Of a stretch of 64,000 bases of DNA, positions 26,299 through 35,724 are shown piece after piece; within the stretch, counting starts at the first letter, position 1; each line of letters starts with the position of its first letter. Source of the stretch: an uncultured Rikenella sp. (lineage in GTDB: Bacteria; Bacteroidota; Bacteroidia; Bacteroidales; VadinHA17); contig CAZUIF010000014.1 in NCBI GenBank assembly GCA_964621005.1, forward strand, positions 12,457 through 76,456. The letters are read 5' to 3'. Made by a program: the position numbers and the translations under genes. Below the pieces are notes generated by a model. The model searched no databases. It saw nothing but the letters and a program-made list of their open reading frames with translations, and was not told the origin of the DNA.

Positions 26299-26823
26299 AT
26301 GGTCAGAGTATTGGGTATTAAGATCACTGACAGGATCAAGGAGGCAGGCCTGGTTCAGAAGGCACTCTCGGAGTACGGCTCTGTTGTCAGCACCAGGCTT
26401 GGTTTTCATGAGCTGAATGATGAGCTGTGCAGCCGCGAAGGATTCATGGTCATCCACCTTGCCGGCCATGTCGACGACTGTGAGGAACTGGTGGCCAGGC
26501 TTAAGGGCATTGAGGGGCTTTTTGTGAAGGAGATGGCTTTTTCACATGGTCTCTCGGATGCTTCAACAGATTGCGACGGCACCACCGTTTTAGGTATCAT
26601 GGTCCCAAGGCGTGAAGAGCTGGGACCTGCGGTGCAGGCGCTGCTTACCACTTACGGATGCGTCATCCGCACAAGGCTTGGGGTCAATGAGGTTTATTTC
26701 GGCGAGCCGGCCGGGCTGATCATCCTTGAACTTGCAGGCGACAGGAGCCAGTATGCTTCACTGGAACGTTCGCTGCGCGAGATAGATGAGATAGCAATTG
26801 GCCGTATCTGCTTTCCTGCCTGA
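26299..26823 (+). CDS. TM1266-type putative iron-only hydrogenase system regulator, tandem duplicated
   Basis: Two homologous ~80-aa halves: VLGIKITDRIKEAGLVQKALSEYGSVVSTRLGFHE...IHLAG and VLGIMVPRREELGPAVQALLTTYGCVIRTRLGVNE...LELAG. Confidence 0.7.
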   Translation: MVRVLGIKITDRIKEAGLVQKALSEYGSVVSTRLGFHELNDELCSREGFMVIHLAGHVDDCEELVARLKGIEGLFVKEMAFSHGLSDASTDCDGTTVLGIMVPRREELGPAVQALLTTYGCVIRTRLGVNEVYFGEPAGLIILELAGDRSQYASLERSLREIDEIAIGRICFPA

Positions 26824-26832
26824 ACAAGAAAA

Positions 26833-29415
26833 CTACTCTCCGTACCTGCCTTCCTGCCTTAGAAGCTGCCCGAAGAACACTGCATTCATAAAGAGCTTCG
26901 AGGTGCCGTACCAGATGGCCCTGAAGTTCGTATCGTCATAGATGGATATAACTCTTCCCGGACCCTGGTGAACTGCCACTGCGGCACTTCCTGCAATCCT
27001 CTCCGCGTTCTCCTTCGAACAGTATCCGCTCAGCAGGGGATCAGCGGTGTATTTCACCGGAGTGTTGTAGCTGCTGCCGGTGACCTTCACTGCCGAGGCA
27101 TCTGTTTTAAACACCGGCAGGAAAGGCTTCGTGTACCCGTAGCAAAGCGGGTGCGTGACATCAACGGATGCCCGGAAAATGGTTCCCGGTACAGTGTGGA
27201 TTGCTCTTTCAATCGACCTGTCTGCGTAACTCAGCACCCTGCCTGAAGGGATTGAAGCGCTCTCGATATAGTTTATCTCTGCAAACTTGTTCGCTGCAAG
27301 CCACCGGTTCCCTCCGCGGTAGCCAATCAATGTTCCGCCGGAACGGTTCCAGTCGCGCATACGGTCAACTGCTGCAGAAGGGATTGCCGGGTTCCCTGCG
27401 ATGATTATCACGTTATATTTTCCCAGTGAAGCTGACCTGATCCTTGACGGTGAGATCAGGGTGACAGGCATGCCGTAGCGGGTATCAAGCAGGTGCCATA
27501 TCTCACCGGCATCGTCTGCTGCGGTGCCCTCATCAATTACCAGCATCACCGAGGGTCTGCCCAGAACTGCAAAACCTCCGCTGCCAAGGTCAATACCCGT
27601 TGGGGTGAGCCCGGTGGAGACACCCTGCATGGTTATCCCGCACACCTCTGCAACCTTTCGCAGAATTGCGGTGACAGCTCCTGCGGGAAGGGCGTTTTCA
27701 CCCTGCTGAACCATTATCGTTCCGTAACCGAACTGTTTCTTCTTCCCGTCACTCATTACTGCAGTGAAGGGCGCCGTAGCCACCCGTGCCGTGAGGCCGG
27801 CCGACTGTATCATATACAGCGCTTTTGGGGCATAGGTGTCACCCCATTCAAAAAGCCATGCATAGTCATTGTCTGTACCGGTTACAGTCCCGGCAGGGAA
27901 CGGCGGTGCTGTCAGCCTCTCGCCGGTCATACCGGTTGTTTCAGTGCTTCCGAGAGGAGTGTAGCTCACGTTGAAGGCCATGGGCATCACCCATGTTGAA
28001 ATATCATAGAATACAGTGTCGGAGAAAGTTTTTACGGTTTCAAACAGGGCCCTGACAAAACGGTAATCCTTCTGCCTTACGGGTACAAAATAACTGTCTG
28101 ACGGGCTGTATGTGACACCGCCCTTCGTCAGCGTGCGACCGCACCGGTATACTTCTATTTTGTGCCTGAGAAGGTTTTCTATGAACCGGGCAGATCCCCC
28201 GCGGTCATCCCCGGCGCTGAACAGGTAGCCCTTAACCGGTGCGGCATCAGCCTCCTTCAGTGCGGAGAGATAGAAATCCCTCTGCATGTTAAGCAGTTTG
28301 ACCCTCATGTTCATGCCCGCCTCAATCGATGAGAGTGAAACATTAAACTGGTTTCTTATGGCGAAGGGGAAGGAAAGCACTCCTCCCGGCACTTCCCTGA
28401 GGTGTCCCTTGGTGCCTGCCTGCTCGAAGAGGATGCCGATGGATCCGTGTGCATCGGGGTAGGAGGAACCTTTCCCCAGGTAGTAGTCATCATAGCTTTC
28501 CTCGGTATAGTAGAGGCTGCCGATGGAGTCAAGATACTCTGCATGATAGTTACCTATCTCTGCTGTCAGTGTCTGGTTGTCTGGCGGGATCACAGGATTG
28601 TTGCGCGACTGGACGCCGGGCTGGAAGAAGAATGTTGAATTGGCGCCCATCTCATGATGGTCAGTATTGATGTTGGGCATCCAGCGGTAGAAGGCAGCCA
28701 CACGTCCCACACTCTCCGGATGCTGGAGCATCAGGTAATCGCGGTTCAGGTCAAACCAGTAGTGATTTGTACGGCCACCCGGCCATGCCTCATTGAATTC
28801 CCGTCCTGAAGGATCTGTGGCCAGGGTCATCCCGCGGTGCATGTTGACCCATGTTGAGTGACGCTGCATGCCGTCAGGATTGAGTGAAGGATCAATGAGT
28901 ATTACGCATTTGTCAAGGATCCCGTCAATTTCAGGCCCCTGGCCCGCAACCAGGTAATATGCCGTTAAAAGTGATGCGTTCTGTGCGCTTGATTCATTTC
29001 CGTGAACACCGTAGCCCAGCTTTATTATCAGCGGCATGTCTGCAGTGTTCAATCCTGCCGAGGCAGACGGGTCTGACAGCTTCAGGTGCTGCAGTCTGAT
29101 CTCCTCAAGCCGGGCCATGTTCTTCTCTGAGGTGATAATTAGCTGGCCAAGCGGTCTCCCTTCCCAGCTTTTGCCGTACTCCTCCCAAACTGCCTTACCT
29201 GAGACGGCATCAAGCAGTTTCATGTATGCGACGAGCTTGTCATGGGTCACATGCCATTCCCCGACCTCATGACCTATGGAGGCAGATGGTACCGGAATGT
29301 TGCTGCTAAAGGTGACGCCTGCCGGCAAATAATAATCCAGTGTGGGCCTGGTCTGGCTGAAACTGATCAGTGATGCAATAAGGATCACCGATGAAAGGAG
29401 TATTTTTTTCATCAT
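26833..29415 (-). CDS. Secreted M14-family zinc carboxypeptidase-like protein (large, multidomain)
   Basis: ATG at 29415 gives MMKKILLSSVILIASLISFSQ; the ORF track start at 29439 is a TTG. GYGVHGNESSAQNASLL zinc-ligand motif. Confidence 0.8.
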   Translation of the reverse strand: MMKKILLSSVILIASLISFSQTRPTLDYYLPAGVTFSSNIPVPSASIGHEVGEWHVTHDKLVAYMKLLDAVSGKAVWEEYGKSWEGRPLGQLIITSEKNMARLEEIRLQHLKLSDPSASAGLNTADMPLIIKLGYGVHGNESSAQNASLLTAYYLVAGQGPEIDGILDKCVILIDPSLNPDGMQRHSTWVNMHRGMTLATDPSGREFNEAWPGGRTNHYWFDLNRDYLMLQHPESVGRVAAFYRWMPNINTDHHEMGANSTFFFQPGVQSRNNPVIPPDNQTLTAEIGNYHAEYLDSIGSLYYTEESYDDYYLGKGSSYPDAHGSIGILFEQAGTKGHLREVPGGVLSFPFAIRNQFNVSLSSIEAGMNMRVKLLNMQRDFYLSALKEADAAPVKGYLFSAGDDRGGSARFIENLLRHKIEVYRCGRTLTKGGVTYSPSDSYFVPVRQKDYRFVRALFETVKTFSDTVFYDISTWVMPMAFNVSYTPLGSTETTGMTGERLTAPPFPAGTVTGTDNDYAWLFEWGDTYAPKALYMIQSAGLTARVATAPFTAVMSDGKKKQFGYGTIMVQQGENALPAGAVTAILRKVAEVCGITMQGVSTGLTPTGIDLGSGGFAVLGRPSVMLVIDEGTAADDAGEIWHLLDTRYGMPVTLISPSRIRSASLGKYNVIIIAGNPAIPSAAVDRMRDWNRSGGTLIGYRGGNRWLAANKFAEINYIESASIPSGRVLSYADRSIERAIHTVPGTIFRASVDVTHPLCYGYTKPFLPVFKTDASAVKVTGSSYNTPVKYTADPLLSGYCSKENAERIAGSAAVAVHQGPGRVISIYDDTNFRAIWYGTSKLFMNAVFFGQLLRQEGRYGE

Positions 29416-29492
29416 GTCAGGTTTGAGTAGTGCGGGCAATTTCGGAAAAAAGAGGATTGGTTGTTACTGCAGGAGCTTGTTATGCAGCATAA

Positions 29493-30581
29493 TCATTTTT
29501 TTGTCAGCCGCCTGCCGAAGTGCGGTGTATCACCCCAGGTGCCGAGACCCAGGCTGGTTCCGGGTATGAGATCGAGGTTCAGGCCGCTCACGTTTGTTTC
29601 ATCCACCTCGCGGTAACCCGGCTTGCCTTCATATATCTGGTAACCAGCCCTGTACTGTGCAGGGGTAATGTTGGGCATCACCACATTTGCCCCGCATGAT
29701 ATTGCCTTCTCGCGTCCTGCGGAATCAATTGTCTGCATGGCGGTTGAAGCAACAATATTAATATCCTTCATGATTATCCTCGTAATGGCTATCATCCTGA
29801 GGGTCAGATTGAAGCGTTCCTTCAGGAAAAGATTGTCAGTCCCCCTTTCCCCCAGGGGAGTGTCGGAATGCTCTATGAAGGGACCCATACCGCACATGTC
29901 GATGTCAAAATCACGCATGAAAAGGATGTCATCTGCAAGGTCGCCCATGGTCTGAAAAGGCAGACCAACCATCACTCCGGTGCCTGTCTGGTATCCTGTC
30001 TCCTGAATGATTTTCAGGCACTCAAGTCTCCTGTTGTACCGGTGCATGTCATCATCAGGGTGCACCCTCCGGTAGAGCGCCTGGCTGGAGGCCTCTATCC
30101 TCAGGAGGTAGCGGTGTGCACCGGCGTCAAACCATCTCTGATAGGTTTCCCGGCTCTGCTCTCCCAGCGACAGGGTGATTCCGAGCCTGTTGTCAGTCAT
30201 CTTCCGTATGGTTCTGACAAGGTCTTCAATTGTATCGACGAAAACTTTAGAGGAGTTCTCTCCCGACTGGATGGCGATGGATCCGAGGTTGAGCCTGTAT
30301 GCGGTCATTGCTGCATCCAGCACCTCTTCGCGGGTAAGGGTGTATCTGTCAACCTTCTCGTTGTCACGTCTTACTCCGCAATACAGGCAGTTTTTACCGC
30401 ATATGTTCGAGTATTCGATGAGTCCCCTCAGGTAGACGTGGTTACCTACATAGCGGTCTCTGACGGCTGCTGCCCTGCGGTATAAGAGGGGTGCCTCCTC
30501 CTCGCTGGAATGCAACAGGGCAAGAATGTCTGACCTGTCGAGGATTTTTTTGTCAATAATTGAGGCTATGCCCGAACCCAT
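29493..30581 (-). CDS. hydE: [FeFe]-hydrogenase H-cluster radical-SAM maturase HydE
   Basis: BioB-like. CGKNCLYCGVRRDN radical-SAM motif. The ATG at 30581 (MGSGIASIIDKK) is preferred, because the longer ORF would overlap the upstream gene. Confidence 0.85.
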   Translation of the reverse strand: MGSGIASIIDKKILDRSDILALLHSSEEEAPLLYRRAAAVRDRYVGNHVYLRGLIEYSNICGKNCLYCGVRRDNEKVDRYTLTREEVLDAAMTAYRLNLGSIAIQSGENSSKVFVDTIEDLVRTIRKMTDNRLGITLSLGEQSRETYQRWFDAGAHRYLLRIEASSQALYRRVHPDDDMHRYNRRLECLKIIQETGYQTGTGVMVGLPFQTMGDLADDILFMRDFDIDMCGMGPFIEHSDTPLGERGTDNLFLKERFNLTLRMIAITRIIMKDINIVASTAMQTIDSAGREKAISCGANVVMPNITPAQYRAGYQIYEGKPGYREVDETNVSGLNLDLIPGTSLGLGTWGDTPHFGRRLTKK

Positions 30582-30648
30582 TTTTTGCGTGAATCGTTTA
30601 ACATTAACAAGCCGGATGATTATAAGTTCAGCCCGGGCATAAATAAGA

Positions 30649-32271
30649 TCAGAATCCCCGGCCAAACATCTGCCAGAGTTCTGCCTTCAGCTCCTGCCAG
30701 CGGCTCATGGCGCCGTGGGCAAACGCATTGGTATATTCAGTTACGGCCTTCCTGGCCTCATCATTTTTGCCTTCGTTGACAAGTCCCTTTACTCTCTCCT
30801 CCAGGGCGGGCAGTTCGGCAAGCGCTTTCTGCTCCATTTCAGCAACAGCCGGTTCCAGCAGTTTACGCCCGCGGTCCCAGTTCACCGTCGCGAGCCTGTT
30901 GGCTTCACGGAATGACCATATGGCGGCGTCTTCGCGGTAGCGGTGCTGCCCGCATATGCGGAAGCTCTGAGGCAGTGCCATGGTACCGGAGAAGACAGGT
31001 ATGCGAGGGCTCTGTCCCGGGTTGTCAAACGAGAACCATGCTACGGCGCCCACCTCATCGGGGAGCCATGAGCGGCACTGTATCACGTGCGAGTAGGAGC
31101 ATCCTGCGATTGCAATTGTACGCTGCCTTTCGACAGTGCCTGGTTTCAGCTCGTTGATAAGGGTGCGGATGTCTGCATTCATCCAGTTGTTTATTGCGGG
31201 CGATTTCACTGTCTCGGTTATCTCGTTTCCGGCCTCATCCTTTTTCTTTACAGTGATCATCAGGTTCTTCGTCATGTCCCAGGGGGTGCCTTCATAGGTC
31301 TCGCGGAAGATGGCGGTCACGTCACTTACAGAAAGTTTTTTGTCAGCCTTGACCGAGAAGGGAAGTTCCTCCATCTCCATCGTCAGGTTCAGCCCGGGTG
31401 CCAGTTTATTAAGCACGTAGAACTCGCGGATGGCATAGGGCTTTCCCGTACCTATCACCTTATAGAATTTGAACGGTTCCTTCCCGTCCCAGTAACCGAG
31501 GTCCTTTGCTTTTTTACGGAGGTCAGTTGAGGTCATGAATTTATCAGCGTCCCTGAAGTTGACATCGGAGATCCTTGGAATGTTTGCGGCGATGCCGACA
31601 TGGTCATCAGGTATCCTCTGTGCCACCCACAGTGCAGAGGGTTTGCCCGGTCCTGAGCCGGCTATCTCGAGCTGCCACACCTCCTTCGGGTCGGCTATAG
31701 TGATGCATTCGGCCATGTCACCGTATCCGTACTGCTCCGCCAGCGAGCCTATCAGGGCAATTGCCTGGCGTGCCGTGGTGCAGCGCTGAAGCGCGATCTT
31801 TTCAAGCTCCTCGATTAGAAACAGACCGTCCTTGTTGATAAGCTCCTGTTTCCCGTAAATTGTAGTTTCGCCGATGGCAAGCTGTTTTTCATTGAGACAG
31901 GGATAAGCGGTACTGAGATATGAATATGTCTCTTTCACCTCCGGTATTTCTCCCTTGCGGGTCACGTTGGTCATATTCCAGGCCTCCTCCGTGAACAGGG
32001 TGCCCCAGCAGACCGGATGGACAGTGTCACGTGCAAATTTCATAGCCGGAACAACCTCCAGCCAGGTGCGGTATCTGCCGTCACAGGTGTGTGAGGTCAT
32101 CACAGAACCGTCAGTTGATGCCAGCCTGCCGACCATTATACTGGTACAGTTTTCGGCATAGCCGGGGCCGTCAGGGTCAATTTCCTTTTCAGGCTGGGAA
32201 TAGGCGATAAAGGAAAGATTTAGCAGCGCAACCGCAAGAACGGCGGAGAAGGATCGGAATGTTGGATTCAT
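30649..32271 (-). CDS. Secreted C69-family dipeptidase
   Basis: Signal peptide, then ENCTSIMVGRLASTDGSVMTSHTCDG (N-terminal nucleophile Cys of the C69 family). Confidence 0.85.
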   Translation of the reverse strand: MNPTFRSFSAVLAVALLNLSFIAYSQPEKEIDPDGPGYAENCTSIMVGRLASTDGSVMTSHTCDGRYRTWLEVVPAMKFARDTVHPVCWGTLFTEEAWNMTNVTRKGEIPEVKETYSYLSTAYPCLNEKQLAIGETTIYGKQELINKDGLFLIEELEKIALQRCTTARQAIALIGSLAEQYGYGDMAECITIADPKEVWQLEIAGSGPGKPSALWVAQRIPDDHVGIAANIPRISDVNFRDADKFMTSTDLRKKAKDLGYWDGKEPFKFYKVIGTGKPYAIREFYVLNKLAPGLNLTMEMEELPFSVKADKKLSVSDVTAIFRETYEGTPWDMTKNLMITVKKKDEAGNEITETVKSPAINNWMNADIRTLINELKPGTVERQRTIAIAGCSYSHVIQCRSWLPDEVGAVAWFSFDNPGQSPRIPVFSGTMALPQSFRICGQHRYREDAAIWSFREANRLATVNWDRGRKLLEPAVAEMEQKALAELPALEERVKGLVNEGKNDEARKAVTEYTNAFAHGAMSRWQELKAELWQMFGRGF

Positions 32272-32549
32272 AACAAGTTTGCTTCAGTTTAAAACTCCGG
32301 TCATCATTGCCATAACAGACACATGATGTATAAGTAATTAAGTCGGGCAATCAGTCAGGCACAGATTCTCACATCCTTGCCGGGCAAAGCCGACATGATA
32401 CAAAAATAATCAGACCGGACAGACAACCCGCCATAAAGATAATATTCTGCAACATATGGGAAGCCTTCAGGGAAATGTATAACATGTTTAACTTATCATT
32501 TGGTAAGTTTTAAAATGTTTTTACCTTTCAAACACCACAGACCCCGATT

Positions 32550-34679
32550 ATGATCAATGCTAAATTATTAAATCCCAGGAGTATAGCCGTTATTGGCGGA
32601 TCCGATGATATCACCAAGGCCGGAGGCAAGGTGCTAAAGAATCTGCTCAACGGCGGTTTCCCCGGTGAGATTTTTGTCGTCAATCCTAAAGCACCGGTTG
32701 TTCAGGGTCTGACTGCATTTGCCGATGTTTCGATGTTGCCCCGCACTGACCTGGCAGTGATTGCAGTTGCGGCACGCTACTGTCCGGGAATCGTCAGGAC
32801 GCTGGCAACTGAGAAGGGGACGGGAGGATTCATCATTCTCTCGGCCGGATTCAGTGAAGAGGATGCTGAGGGTGCCGCGCTTGAAAGGGAGATAGTTGAT
32901 ATGATAAACAGTACAGGAGGCACACTCATTGGTCCAAACTGTATCGGCTATCTGAACAATAATTATCACGGTGTCTTTACCGAGCCTATCCCCAGGCTGT
33001 CACCTAAAGGGATTGACTTCATCTCGGGCTCCGGTGCCACGGCGGTCTTTATCCTCGAAACAGCCATCACCGGAGGGATGCCCTTCTCAAGCGTATGGTC
33101 TGTTGGCAACAGTGCACAGACAGGTGTTGAGGATGTGCTGGAACATCTCGATAATACTTTTGATCCGATCACCAGTTCAAGGATTAAGCTTCTCTATATT
33201 GAGAACATTGCTGATCCCGGTCGGTTCCTGATGCATGCAGCGTCACTGATAAGGAAAGGATGCAGGATTGCTGCCATAAAAGCGGGTTCTTCAGAGGCGG
33301 GGTCCCGTGCCGCCTCCTCGCACACAGGTGCAATGGCCTCTCCCGACACGGCAGTTGATGCACTGCTTCGTAAAGCCGGGGTTGTAAGGTGCTACAGCCG
33401 TACCGATCTGGCCACCGTAGCCGCCCTGTTTACATATAAACCCCTCAGAGGAAAAAGGATAGCTATCATTACACATGCCGGAGGACCTGCAGTGATGATG
33501 ACCGATGCACTGAGCGAAGGGGGGATGGAAATTCCCCGCCTGTCGGGACCGGCAGCAGACCGGCTTCTGGAGAAACTCTTCGCCGGGTCATCAGTGGCGA
33601 ACCCGATAGATTTCCTGGCCACAGGGACTGCCGAACAGCTCGGTTATATAATTGATGCCTGTGAAAACGATTTTGAGGAGATTGATGCTATGGCGGTCAT
33701 CTTTGGCAGCCCGGGACTCTTCCCCGTGGATGATGTATATAGCCTGCTTCACGAGAAAATCCGCACCTGCAGGAAACCGGTTTATCCCGTCATGCCGTCA
33801 GTCATCAACGTGAAGAGGGAGATAGCGGATTTCATTGCCAGGGGCAATGCCATATTTACTGACGAGGTGCTTTTCGGAAGGGCTTTGTGCAGGGTTAACA
33901 CAACCCCTGCACCTTCCGTGCCTGAGAAGCTGGCAGATGTCACCGCTGAATCGTCTGATATGAATGACAGTATATCACGTACTGACCTCAGGGCTGTCAG
34001 GGAGGTCATTGACGGAGCAGAAGAGGGATACCTGCCGCCCGATAAAGTATCTGTTCTGCTGAAGGCTGCCGGAATCGACACAGTGCCTGAAAGTGTTGTC
34101 ATCACGGCCGAAGCGGCCGTCACGACTGCTGCCTCAATGGGATACCCTGTAGTTATGAAGGTGGTGGGACCGGTGCATAAATCGGATATTGGCGGTGTTG
34201 CACTGAACATCAGCACTGAGGAGAGGGTGCGGCAGGAGTTTGCCCGCATGATGCCCTTGCCGGGTGTGACCGGGATACTGATTCAGAAGATGATAAGCGG
34301 TCGCGAGCTCTTCTGCGGCGCTGCCCGCGAGGGGCGCTTCGGCCACCTTGTGATGGCCGGTATGGGAGGGATCTTTATCGAGGTCTTCAAAGATGTTGCC
34401 ACCGCGCTGGTACCTGTCTCCGACAAGGAAGCCAGATCAATGATACGGTCACTGAAGTCATACAAGATAATCAAGGGTGTCAGAGGTTCAGAAGGTGTCA
34501 GTGAAGAGGCGTTTGTAAGGGTGATCACCTCCCTGTCTGACCTGCTTATTGCTGCCCCGGAGATTGAGGAGATGGATATCAATCCGCTCCTTGGCACGCC
34601 TGACAGGATAGTGGCTGTAGATGCCAGGATAAGAGTCGGGAGACGGCAGTCAGATAAGGCAAGAGCAAATAGGCAGTAG
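32550..34679 (+). CDS. ADP-forming acyl/acetyl-CoA synthetase (fused alpha-beta, CoA-binding + ATP-grasp)
   Basis: LLNPRSIAVIGGSDD..KAGGKVLKNL...VVNPK (CoA-binding), GPNCIGY, C-terminal ATP-grasp (GYPVVMKVVGPVHKSDIGGV). 709 aa. Confidence 0.85.
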   Translation: MINAKLLNPRSIAVIGGSDDITKAGGKVLKNLLNGGFPGEIFVVNPKAPVVQGLTAFADVSMLPRTDLAVIAVAARYCPGIVRTLATEKGTGGFIILSAGFSEEDAEGAALEREIVDMINSTGGTLIGPNCIGYLNNNYHGVFTEPIPRLSPKGIDFISGSGATAVFILETAITGGMPFSSVWSVGNSAQTGVEDVLEHLDNTFDPITSSRIKLLYIENIADPGRFLMHAASLIRKGCRIAAIKAGSSEAGSRAASSHTGAMASPDTAVDALLRKAGVVRCYSRTDLATVAALFTYKPLRGKRIAIITHAGGPAVMMTDALSEGGMEIPRLSGPAADRLLEKLFAGSSVANPIDFLATGTAEQLGYIIDACENDFEEIDAMAVIFGSPGLFPVDDVYSLLHEKIRTCRKPVYPVMPSVINVKREIADFIARGNAIFTDEVLFGRALCRVNTTPAPSVPEKLADVTAESSDMNDSISRTDLRAVREVIDGAEEGYLPPDKVSVLLKAAGIDTVPESVVITAEAAVTTAASMGYPVVMKVVGPVHKSDIGGVALNISTEERVRQEFARMMPLPGVTGILIQKMISGRELFCGAAREGRFGHLVMAGMGGIFIEVFKDVATALVPVSDKEARSMIRSLKSYKIIKGVRGSEGVSEEAFVRVITSLSDLLIAAPEIEEMDINPLLGTPDRIVAVDARIRVGRRQSDKARANRQ

Positions 34680-34750
34680 GCAATAGTGAGGTCTTGCAGT
34701 CTTGCAGTCCTGCAGTCCTGCAGTCTTGCGGTCCTTAAGTCCTTCAGTCC
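34671..34750. repeat. Heptamer words followed by a 7.5-unit octamer tandem array
   Basis: AGGCAGT-AGGCAAT-AGTGAGG overlaps the stop codon (TAG 34677-34679). Then GTCTTGCA x2, GTCCTGCA x2, GTCTTGCG, GTCCTTAA, GTCCTTCA, GTCC (34691-34750). The array ends 27 nt before the next ATG. Confidence 0.9.
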
Positions 34751-34777
34751 GGGAAAAATCATAAATAGCAGATCCAT

Positions 34778-35473
34778 ATGAAGCGTTCAGATATTATTTT
34801 CATCTTGGTTTTTATCGGGATTTTTGTTCCGTTTTTTCTGTCCCGCCAACTCTATGAATTTTTTGTCTGGTTCAGCACAGACTGGGCATTTACTGCAAGC
34901 TTCATAAAGTTTGCGATACTTGCCACCATGGGCGAGATGCTCGGCAGCAGGATAAAGACCGGTTTTTACCTGCCGCAGGGATTTGCACTGGTATACAGGG
35001 CTGTTGTATGGGGATTCCTGGGAATGACGGTCAAGGCTGCATTCATGATTTTTGGCGGCGGTACACCCCTGATAATGGAACACCTGGGGATGGAGAATGC
35101 CTCAGCGGTCATGGCGGGCCCGGTGACTGCCACCAGGGTGCTTCTTGCATTTGCAATCAGCACTTTCCTGAATATCTTCTATGCACCAGTTTTGATGGTA
35201 ACCCACCGGGTAAGTGACCTGCATATTGCAGCCGCTGCAGGTGACCGGCACAAGCTTATGACGGTACCTGATGTCAGGAAGCTGCTGGCATCAATCGACT
35301 GGAACAGCATGTGGGGGATTGTGCTGAAAAAAAGCATCCCCCTCTTCTGGATACCGGCACAGACGGTCAACTTCCTCCTGCCGGAAGAATTCAGGATCCT
35401 TGTGGCCGCACTCTACAGCACCGTTCTGGGAGTCATCCTGGCGCTGGCAGCGGGTGTCAATACAAAAAGATAA
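34778..35473 (+). CDS. Integral membrane protein of unknown function (possible Mpv17/PMP22-like C-terminal motif)
   Basis: 231 aa, about 6 hydrophobic segments. LFWIPAQTVNFLLPEEFRILVAALYS resembles the Mpv17/PMP22 signature. This is a weak call. Confidence 0.45.
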   Translation: MKRSDIIFILVFIGIFVPFFLSRQLYEFFVWFSTDWAFTASFIKFAILATMGEMLGSRIKTGFYLPQGFALVYRAVVWGFLGMTVKAAFMIFGGGTPLIMEHLGMENASAVMAGPVTATRVLLAFAISTFLNIFYAPVLMVTHRVSDLHIAAAAGDRHKLMTVPDVRKLLASIDWNSMWGIVLKKSIPLFWIPAQTVNFLLPEEFRILVAALYSTVLGVILALAAGVNTKR

Positions 35474-35679
35474 GCACAGGCAGCGGATGTCTTTACCAAT
35501 GGATAAGTACAGCCAGCGCCCTGTTGATATCAGGACTATGGATGACAAAACCCTGCAGTAGCGCCCGTGCATGGTCGTCGAACCGATCTGTAGGAAAAAT
35601 TAAAGCCTTTCTCATATGGCATCAGAGTGGGGCGTTCCTGAGGAGCATTTCACGATGCGGAGAATAGAATCGCTTATCG

Positions 35680-35694
35680 CCGCATATATTGCGG
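35680..35694. promoter_or_regulatory. Perfect palindrome CCGCA-N5-TGCGG (operator candidate 1) upstream of the Fic gene
   Basis: CCGCATATATTGCGG. Extra TGCGG half-sites at 35656-35660 and 35709-35713. Confidence 0.45.
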
Positions 35695-35724
35695 ATATTA
35701 TTTTTGATTGCGGCGAATAATATG

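Noticed and set aside
30594-30610. Possible second Rex box upstream of hydE (TCGTTTAACATTAACAA)
   Set aside because: Only one half-site (TTAACAA) matches. The other arm and the spacing do not fit the 7-4-7 consensus.
34691-34750. Tandem repeat arrays considered as possible CRISPR arrays
   Set aside because: Units are only 7-8 nt with no unique spacers, and no cas genes are present. This is a microsatellite/REP-like structure rather than CRISPR.
35311-35667. 118-aa ORF spanning the end of the membrane-protein gene and the gap before the Fic gene (possible gene remnant)
   Set aside because: It overlaps a supported CDS in another frame and has a Gly/Ser/Cys/Trp-rich, implausible composition. 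There is no evidence for a pseudogene.
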